In this document: piece after piece, positions 9,520 to 19,054 of the stretch | Position numbering within the stretch: the first letter of the stretch is position 1 | How the letters are laid out: every line of letters begins with the position of its first letter | Program-made: the position numbers and the translations under genes | The notes under the pieces: model-generated | What the model was told of the DNA's origin: nothing | Database searches by the model: none | The model's input: the letters and a program-made list of their open reading frames with translations, nothing else | Assembly: GCF_000143415.4 (NCBI RefSeq) | Contig: NW_003314512.1 | Coordinates: 1 to 19,054 of the forward strand | Length of the DNA: 19,054 bases | Reading direction: 5' to 3' | DNA from: Selaginella moellendorffii | Taxonomy: Eukaryota > Plantae > Lycopodiophyta

Positions 9520-11540
9520 TCATGGGAACTCTCTGTTTCTCAGGACAAATCGCCCGATCATCGTCCAAACTGCAACCCAGTCATGTGAATTTTATTTTAT
9601 TTTCACCAAGATCTCATCTTTTGAGCTTACTGTAAATCGCTGCTGCTGCCCATTCGTTTGCGATCTTCACCCACACGCTGGCCCAGCCAACATCGATGCT
9701 GTATCTGATCAAGGAAACACAAAGACTAGAAAAGAAGAATCCCAGAGCTTGTGCTCTTACTTGTGCATTGTTTGATGGAGGTTCCAGCCGATGAAAAGCA
9801 TGGCGAAGTACATGGAGCCGAGAGCAAAGACGAGGTGGAAGAAGCCATAGCCGTAAGGCACTTCGTCGTCAAGCTCGAAGCTTTTCTTGGGCAGCTGATA
9901 CACGAACAAGAATCAAACAAGAGAAGATTGTGAGAGACAACGACTTACACAAAATGTTTGTGAGTCTGTCCCGGTGGAATACGCAGCCATCACAATCGCC
10001 GCTAAGGCAATCACGAAACTCTGAAAATTCCCCACTATGGAATTAAACATTCAGTGAGTGTCAATGCTTTACCAACAGAGTTAACCAGTCGCTCTTCCCG
10101 GTTTGCCTCGGTCTTGTGTTGCATGCCTCGGACAATGGCTCACTGGAAAAGTTGAAGCTTGCGAGGTTTTACACAAGAAAAAAGAGATTTTTGTACCTCA
10201 TTATGGCTGACCAGCAGAGAAAGCACAGATAAACCGACATTAACCCCGAGGTCATCAGTCCAGCATTCACCTAGAAGGAAAAAACGATGAAGGAAAACTC
10301 CATTTGTATGTGAAATACTTGCCTTGGAGTGGAGAGAAATAGCGGTCATGACATTGATGAGAATGGCCGTCCAGGAAGTGAAAAAGATGTTGAGCGTGCA
10401 AGATATATGTGGAGCAAACCACAGGCTCATGTACGTTGTGGCAACGATCGAGGCTCCAAAGCTGACAAAAGCAACCACAAGCATGGGAGCCTTGCTACAC
10501 AAAAACAAAAAGGTAAAGAAGATATATCAAAAGGAAAGTAGCACAAGACAAATGTTAACTTACACACCATTTCTCCTCGGAGAGCCACTCTTCGTTCCAC
10601 CAGTATATGAAATTGATAACGCTCAGAAGCTGGATAAGAAGGAAAATCCTACAAGGAAAACAATATTTGAGGACTTGCTACGTTTTCTTGCAAGAAAACA
10701 AAAAGTTTTACCCAGCTCCATAGCGTGCCACTTCTCCTGTTAAGCAAAAGAGAGTGGAAGATCTCACGGTGAGCGTTTGTATCGTAGAGCTTGTGTAACT
10801 TACCATAGATGTGGATAAACGATGGAGGAACAAGGAAGGGTAGCACCATGAGAATCACCCACATAACGCCTTTGGCAGGCCACCATCCGTTGTGCCAAGC
10901 ATCTCGCGCTCCATACAGACGTGTTGTTCCAACGGTTGTCACAAACATGACGAGGAAGAACACCTTCAAGTTCCAAGTTGTCTGCGTCAAGGAAAGACAC
11001 TCGAAGAAAGAAAAACTCGCCGGGAACCAGAGGAGCTAAAACCTTGATAGCAACTTTGGAAAGAAATATAAAGTACTGGCTTGGAACTTTGAGAAGAAGA
11101 TAACCTTACACTGACAGATTGAGGGATAGAACTTCAGATGCAGGATCATACAAGTTCAGCTTAGGAACTCTGGAAAAACAAACTCAACCCAATGAATGAA
11201 AGTTTTCTCCAAAGGATACAAAGCAGCCAAAACTGATGCGAAGAACACCTTCCGATCCAAGACAGTTGTGGCCTCCAAGGCAACCCTCCAAATCTGATAC
11301 ACACAGCTTCAAACCAATAAAAACTTGGGATAAAAAATGGAAGAATGAAGAGAAACGAAACTTACAATGAAGCTCGGAGAGAGCCCTGTGGCTGTAGTCT
11401 CGCACCACCCAGGCGATGAGAGTGGTGAGCATGAAAATAATCCCATAGATATAGCGGGCAGCGCTTCCATGGGCAATGGAACACGACGATGGCTTGATGC
11501 TTTCTAGCGAGGCGTGATCGCCGGAGCTCTCCAGATCCAT
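9520..11540 (-). CDS. Serine incorporator (SERINC/TMS1/TDE) family membrane protein, ~386 aa
   Basis: 12 exons: 11540-11366, 11293-11220, 10963-10804, 10736-10712, 10648-10568, 10494-10323, 10270-10197, 10142-10073, 10020-9949, 9894-9761, 9704-9631 and 9569-9520 (1161 nt, in frame). Family motifs: GVLRISFG, WHNGWWPAK, IFLLIQL, WSAIMSEP, YGYGFFHLVFALGSMYFAML, GWASVWVKI, and terminal NREF. Confidence 0.92.
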
Positions 11541-11572
11541 TTTTTTTTCTCTTCTAAGTGTTCTTGAGCAAA

Positions 11573-11590
11573 ACACACACACACACACAC
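11573..11590. repeat. (AC)n microsatellite just upstream of the SERINC start
   Basis: ACACACACACACACACAC directly visible. Confidence 0.85.
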
Positions 11591-11726
11591 GCAACACTGG
11601 GAATGATTAAGAATCTATTTGAGGAAGTGGCTACCGAGCGATCCCCATCGAGCTCTACGAGAAAGTGCGCGTATTTTCCACCCAAAAAAAGTGCGACTCC
11701 ATTTTCGAGCTACATAGCAAGAACAG

Positions 11727-11735
11727 AAACCCTAA
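11727..11735. promoter_or_regulatory. Telo-box upstream of the SERINC gene
   Basis: AAACCCTAA about 190 bp upstream of the ATG at 11540. Confidence 0.4.
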
Positions 11736-12691
11736 AACAGAACAGTTCGCATGTGAAAGTTGTGTAGGAAAACTTTAAAAAAGTCATTTAAAATCACAGC
11801 AACTGGTAAGGATTGTATTCAGAAGTATGCAGCAAAACTCCTCCCTTGGCACCCTCCCAACTGCTTCTTCACCACAATCTTTGTCACCTGTGCAAGGGCT
11901 TGCATCATACGATTCACCATCTACTGTAAATTGTTCACGAGGAAGGTTTTGTCGATTAAGAAGTTGTGTTGATTCAAATAATCGTTTATTCAGTTGTTCA
12001 GATTATATAACTTTAAAATAATTTAAAGTATAATAACAATTATGAAACACTTTTGATTTTTTTTTTAAAAAAATCATATACTAAAAATATTTTCCTTCAA
12101 AAAAATTTATTGATTAAAATATTTATGTTAAATGGTATAAATTTTATTATTAAATGTTCTTAACGAAGAAGTAAAAAGTGGGAGCATTCAATTTCTTATG
12201 GTATTTTTAATAGACAAAGTGATCAAATAAAGTATTTTTCTTACAGGGAAAACATAAAACCCAAAGTCAAATCGATTATGAAATCCTAATGGATTAATTA
12301 CAACTTTGTATGTAATTGCCAAAATGGCCAAAGCGTCCCTTGTTCCTCAAAATTTGAGTACATTTCTTTCTTGTTATTTTTTATTTCTACCTTTGACACT
12401 CTCGCTTGAAGACTTGAGCTTTGGCTTCTGTCCAACGACCCAATCGAATTGATCGATCAAAAGCGATGAAGCGAGTCGAGGATCTCAACGTCCAGTTCCA
12501 ACACCCTTTTGCGATCCAAACTCATGGATATCACCGTTCCAAAAGAGTTCACGTTCAGTTCACGTTAAGACCAAGCACACTATGGCCCGTAAAAGAGAGG
12601 CTCGGCAATACTCGGAACCACCGGAGATAATGCGGTTCTTTCTAAATATAAAAAAATTTCACAAGCAAAACCTCGGCTTCTTTTCTCGAGC

Positions 12692-14830
12692 TTAATCAAC
12701 CTCCTCGATCTTGGGACCGGCGCCGGCGCCCGCCCCGGCACCACCACCTCCAGCACCCGGATACCCGCCGGCTCCAGCACCGGGCATGGGCATATCACCC
12801 GGGGCCCCTCCAGCTCCCTGGTACATCCTCGCAATTATGGGGTTGCAGATGCTCTCCAGCTCCTTCATCTTGTCCTCAAATTCGTCCGCCTCGCCCAGCT
12901 GGTTCTGATCCAGCCACTGAATCGTCTGCTCCACCGCGTCCTCAATCTTCTTCTTGTCGTCAGCATCCAACTTCCCAGCGATCTTGTCATCCCGGATGGT
13001 GTTCCTCATGTTGTAGGCGTAGTTCTCCAACGAGTTCTTCGCCTCCACCTTCTTCTTGTGCTCCTCATCCTCGGACTTGTACTTCTCGGCCTCGGACACC
13101 ATCTTCTCGATCTCGTCCTTGCTCAGCCGACCCTTGTCATTGGTGATGGTGATCTTGTTCTTCTGCCCAGTCGTCTTGTCCTCGGCCGACACGTTGAGGA
13201 TGCCATTCGCGTCGATGTCGAAGCACACAGTGATCTGCGGGACACCCCGAGGCGCAGGAGGAATCCCAGAGAGTTCGAACTTGCCGAGCAGATTGTTGTC
13301 CCGGGTCCTCGTCCGCTCGCCCTCGTACACCTGGATCAACACTCCAGGCTGGTTGTCCGAGTACGTCGAGAACACCTGCTCCTTCTTCGTCGGGATGGTC
13401 GTGTTCCTGGGGATGAGCACCGTCATCACACCTCCGGCGGTCTCCAGCCCAAGCGAGAGCGGCGTCACGTCCAGCAAGAGGAGGTCTTGGACCTTCTCGT
13501 TGCCTTCCCCGCTCAGGATGGCGGCCTGGACCGCGGCCCCATACGCCACCGCCTCGTCCGGGTTGATGCTCTTGCACAGCTCCTTGCCGTTGAAAAAGTC
13601 CTGGAGCAGCTGCTGCACCTTCGGGATTCGGGTGGAGCCGCCAACGAGCACAACATCATGGATGCTGCTCTTGTCCATCTTCGCGTCCCTCAGGCACTTC
13701 TCCACCGGCTCCATGCACTTCCTGAAGAGGTCCATGTTGAGCTCCTCGAACCTGGCGCGGGTGATGGTGGTGTTGAAGTCAATGCCGTCGAAGAGCGAGT
13801 CGATCTCGATTGTCGTCTGCGCAGTGGACGAGAGAGTCCTCTTGGCGCGCTCGCAAGCGGTCCTCAGTCTCCTCAGCGCCCGGGGATTTCCACTGATATC
13901 CTTCTTGTACTTGCGCTTGAACTCCTGGACGAAGTGATTCACCATCCTGTTGTCGAAGTCCTCACCACCCAAGTGAGTATCTCCGGCAGTCGCCTTCACC
14001 TCGAAGATACCCTCCTCGATCGTCAGCAGCGAGACGTCGAAGGTCCCGCCACCCAGATCGAAGATGAGGACGTTCTTCTCGCCAGCGCTCGTCGCCTTCT
14101 TGTCCAGGCCGTAGGCGATGGCCGCGGCGGTGGGCTCGTTGATGATCCTCATGACGTTCATTCCAGAGATGACACCAGCGTCCTTGGTGGCCTGCCTCTG
14201 CGAATCGTTGAAGTAAGCGGGCACCGTGATGACCGCGTTCTTCACAGTGGCGCCCAAGAAGGCCTCGGCAATCTCCTTCATCTTGTTCAGGACCATGGAA
14301 GAGATCTCCTCGGCCGCGAAGGTCTTCTCCTCGCCCTTGTAGGTGACCGTGATCATCGGCTTCTCGGCGGCACCAGCAGTGACCTTGAATGGCCACAACT
14401 TCATGTCGCTTTGGACCGAAGAGTCCGAGAATCGCCTGCCGATCAAACGCTTCGCATCTGAGAAAGAAATCGCACAAGAACAGTCAGACGAGAGGTCCGA
14501 GAACTAGATCTACATGAAGAGCATCAAGAAAAAGCTAGATTTCGACAAGAAAAGGCTAGATTTCGACTAGATCAAGCAGATTTCGATCGGAATTCCTAGA
14601 TCTAGCTAGAGATTCCACTCACCGAAGACAGTGTTGACGGGATTCATCGCGACCTGGTTCTTGGCGGCGTCGCCAATCAGCCGCTCCGTGTCGGTGAAGG
14701 CCACATACGACGGCGTCGTCCTGTTTCCCTGATCATTGGCGATGATCTCCACCCGATCGTGCTGCCACACACCGACGCAAGAATACGTCGTGCCCAGATC
14801 AATCCCCACAGCGGGACCTTCTTTCGCCAT
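12692..14830 (-). CDS. HSP70: Cytosolic heat shock protein 70 (HSP70/HSC70), 657 aa
   Basis: Exons 14830-14623 and 14457-12692. The single phase-1 intron (165 nt) splits the Asp codon of NTVF-D-AKR, the usual position in plant cytosolic HSP70s. Signatures [23 protein letters not shown] and [14 protein letters not shown]; C-terminal GPKIEEVD. Confidence 0.98.
14525..14567. repeat. 21-bp tandem repeat in the HSP70 intron
   Basis: CAAGAAAA(A/G)GCTAGATTTCGA twice, followed by degenerate AGATTTCGA/CTAGAT copies. Confidence 0.85.
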
Positions 14831-14880
14831 AGCTGAATCTCACAACCTCTCTTCTTTTCCTCTCTCCTTTGGGAGGGCTT

Positions 14881-14887
14881 CTTTATA
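14881..14887 (-). promoter_or_regulatory. TATA box of HSP70
   Basis: TATAAAG on the minus strand ~50 bp upstream of the ATG and just downstream of an HSE. Confidence 0.75.
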
Positions 14888-14907
14888 AAGACCGGCACGG
14901 TTCTAGC

Positions 14908-14922
14908 AGAACTTTCTAGAAA
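14908..14922. promoter_or_regulatory. Proximal heat shock element (perfect 3-unit HSE)
   Basis: aGAAc-tTTCt-aGAAa: alternating nGAAn pentamers ~20 bp upstream of the TATA box. Confidence 0.88.
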
Positions 14923-14978
14923 ACCCGGGCACCCACAAGCCGTAGGATCGCCTCTCGGGGCCATCCCGCCGTCCACGC

Positions 14979-14998
14979 CTTCGTGAATATTCTAGATG
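14979..14998. promoter_or_regulatory. Distal heat shock element
   Basis: cTTCg-tGAAt-aTTCt-aGATg: three perfect pentamers plus one imperfect. Confidence 0.8.
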
Positions 14999-15151
14999 CA
15001 TCGGGCCATTCCGGGCCGGAGCCGTTAGATCAAGGTGAGTCAGCCACCGATCTGGACCGTCGGGTATAGGGCGCTTTTAGGGCCACGCCCGTACATCCCA
15101 TTTTATTCCGTCCGTACACAGAGTACATTCGCCAGGAATATGCCTTCGTCA

Positions 15152-15427
15152 CTATCCTCCGCTCACTGGCGGGATGAGGGCTACTTCATCGCCGTGCTTG
15201 AGCTGCGATGGCTCGCAAACGTACTCGTGATTGAGCGCTACAATGAGAACGCCCTTGATCTCCTCCAATCCCGGGAATCGCGATAGCAATTCTTCCACAC
15301 AGTCGCGCGTGGTGGAGCTCGCGCGTAGCTCCAGTTTCATCTGCGACACACCCGCGATCTCGCGCGCCCTCGCGAAGAACAGCACATCGACCACGACATT
15401 GTCATTCTCCTTGCCCTGCGATTCCAT
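15152..15427 (-). CDS. CNX7: Molybdopterin synthase sulfur carrier (small) subunit, MoaD/MOCS2A family, intronless
   Basis: VLFFARARE N-terminal motif and C-terminal GDEVALIPPVSGG with the di-glycine. The start is the ATG at 15427 or the in-frame ATG at 15436. Confidence 0.95.
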   Translation of the reverse strand: MESQGKENDNVVVDVLFFARAREIAGVSQMKLELRASSTTRDCVEELLSRFPGLEEIKGVLIVALNHEYVCEPSQLKHGDEVALIPPVSGG

Positions 15428-15491
15428 GGAGAGCATTAGGGCATAGGACAAATGCTAGGGCAAACGCTATGATCTTAGATCTGGCGGAGGG

Positions 15492-17092
15492 ATGATCGCG
15501 GGATTGAGCGCGGAGGAGGCGCGGGCCATCTCCAGGATAAATGTGGGCGCCTCCGCCTTCTCCTTCGCTGGATCCTTCTTCATCGTCGCGTGCTTCCTCC
15601 TCTTCAAGGAGCTTCGCAAGTTCTCATTCCGCCTCGTCTTCTACCTCTCGCTCTCTGTAAGTTCTTTGGATTCCATTCGAGCTCTTCATTCCAATCTCTC
15701 TTCTTTTTTGCCAGGATATGTTTTGCAGCTTCTTCAATCTCTTGGGGTAAGCTTTCTTCCAGCTTTCGATATTCTCTATCGTTTTTCCTTTTGTTTCTTC
15801 GATCACTCACAGTGGTGCAGTGATCCTGGAAGATGATTTCTTCCAACTTTCTATCGTTTCTATCGTTTTTTTTTCCTTTTGTTTCTTCGTGATCCTGGAA
15901 GACGATCTCTTCCAACTTTCTATCGTTTCTATCGTTTTTTCCTTTTGTTTCTTCGCTTGTGGCTGGATTCACTCACAGTGGTGCAGTGTGGCAGTGATCC
16001 TGGAAGACGAGGCTTCTTGTGCTACATGCAAGGCTACTGTACGCAGTTCTTCTCGGTGGCATCGTTTCTATGGACGACCGCCATCGCGTTTACGTTGCAT
16101 CGAACTGTGGTGAGGCACAAAACAGATGTGGAAGAGCTCGGTCCAATCTTTCATCTTTACGTCTGGGGTATGCTCTTCCTCGCACAAAGTTTCATGGTTT
16201 TACACCACTTCTCCATGTTTTCCAGGAGCTTCTCTTATCATGACTGTTCTTCCATCTGTGGGAACTGACTATGGCGAAGTTGGAGCTTGGTGCTGGGTGC
16301 AGACCAAAGCCGGAGAGGTAATCTCTTTGCTTGGAGCTTCTCTATTGTGTGATCGATCCATTTTCTTTGTTCCAGGTCCTTCGGTTTATAAGTTTCTACG
16401 TTCCCTTGTGGGGGGCCATCTTGTTCAATGGTTTTATTTATTTCCAAGTTACTCGTATGCTCAACTATGCGAGCCGTGTAAGCAAGCAAGAGGGTCTCTT
16501 TTTTCCGCGATATGGAACTTCTTGCTTTTGCAGATGGCTGCTGGCATGTCGGATCGACAGCGCCAAGTGGAGATAAAAGCCGATCTTAAGGTATAACTCG
16601 CGTTGTCGCTGGTTTTAAACTTTGGTTTGATTTTTCTTCTCTTAGATTATGAACAGGCTGGGATACTATCCTCTGATTTTAATCGGTTCCTGGACGTGTG
16701 GGACAATGAATCGCATCCAAAGCTTCATTGCTCCACAGCGTCCAGTCTTCTGGCTGTGCTTGCTGGACGTAGGCACTGCCTCTCTCATGGTCCGTGCCTC
16801 TATCCAATCGCTACGAGAGTCCGTATAAAGAGTAGAGTTTCTTACATTATTCTTGTTCCAGGGCCTCTTCAATTCCATAGCCTACGGCCTCAACGCTGCT
16901 GTGCGGCGAACGCTACGAGAGAGACTACAACAGTAAGTAGTTGCAAAAGAGTAAACCACGAAATGGATTTCACTGACCGTCCATTTTTGACGCAGATACT
17001 GGCCAGAGAAGTACAGGTGGTCTAAGCTGCGAGGCTTTGCCGAAAGCGAAATGACTCCATTGAGCTCGTCTGACCCAGGGTCTCAGCTGTAA
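15492..17092 (+). CDS. GCR1: Plant G-protein-coupled receptor 1 homologue (7TM, cAMP-receptor-like), 310 aa
   Basis: Exons 15492-15656, 15715-15746, 15995-16167, 16226-16317, 16376-16477, 16534-16590, 16646-16789, 16862-16932 and 16996-17092 total 933 nt in frame. Motifs: LFKELRKFSFRLVFYLSLSDM, ASFLWTTAIAFTLHRTVVRHKTDVE, GAWCW, GYYPLILIGSW and GLFNSIAYGLN. Confidence 0.94.
15752..16010 (+). repeat. ~66-69-bp tandem repeats in GCR1 intron 2 containing copies of the exon-3 start
   Basis: TGATCCTGGAAGA(T/C)GA at 15821, 15890 and 15995 (the true exon). CTATCGTTTTT...CCTTTTGTTTCTTCG occurs three times and CACTCACAGTGGTGCAG twice. Confidence 0.92.
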
Positions 17093-17201
17093 ATGTCCTC
17101 CTTTTGGTTGTCCCTTGATAGCTAGCACCGCGTGCTTCTCGACGAGTGGAATAAAACGATGATGTAAGATACTCTCCCGAATTGACAGAGAAGAACGCAC
17201 T

Positions 17202-19040
<1,839 letters not shown>

Positions 19041-19054
19041 TCATATGTCATCAG

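Noticed and set aside
13058-14461. 467-aa antisense ORF inside HSP70 (the type historically mis-annotated as an antisense-encoded 'NAD-specific glutamate dehydrogenase')
   Set aside because: It is exactly codon-registered with HSP70 and stays open because this GC3-rich gene avoids TTA/CTA/TCA codons. It has no GDH motifs. The real GDH-like gene at 17202-19026 is unrelated.
15821-16010. CRISPR-like appearance of three spaced TGATCCTGGAAGA repeats
   Set aside because: The 'spacers' are themselves near-identical, the context is a eukaryotic intron, and there are no cas genes.

Overview
Gene-dense nuclear DNA from a land plant. Most introns are only ~50-80 nt and intergenic gaps are often 55-350 bp, which suggests a very compact genome such as the lycophyte Selaginella (inference). 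I spliced nine protein-coding genes by hand: a 5'-truncated acidic/basic protein with two Tudor-like domains (+), N-acetylglutamate synthase NAGS with a 1-nt frameshift (+), an intronless subtilase (+), TMEM147 (-), a SERINC/TMS1 protein (-), cytosolic HSP70 with TATA box and two heat-shock elements (-), CNX7/MOCS2A (-), GCR1 (+) and a 5'-truncated NADP-GDH-like gene (-). There is no clear evidence of a new multi-gene system, transposon, RNA gene or CRISPR. The best leads are: (i) the GDH-like protein has lost its catalytic Lys and other active-site motifs (candidate pseudoenzyme); (ii) the NAGS frameshift could be rescued exactly by an acceptor 7 nt upstream; (iii) decoy or poison splice elements lie in GCR1 intron 2 and SERINC intron 2; (iv) the SERINC-TMEM147 and CNX7-GCR1 spacers are extremely short, and the latter holds an ATGA-chained pair of uORFs.
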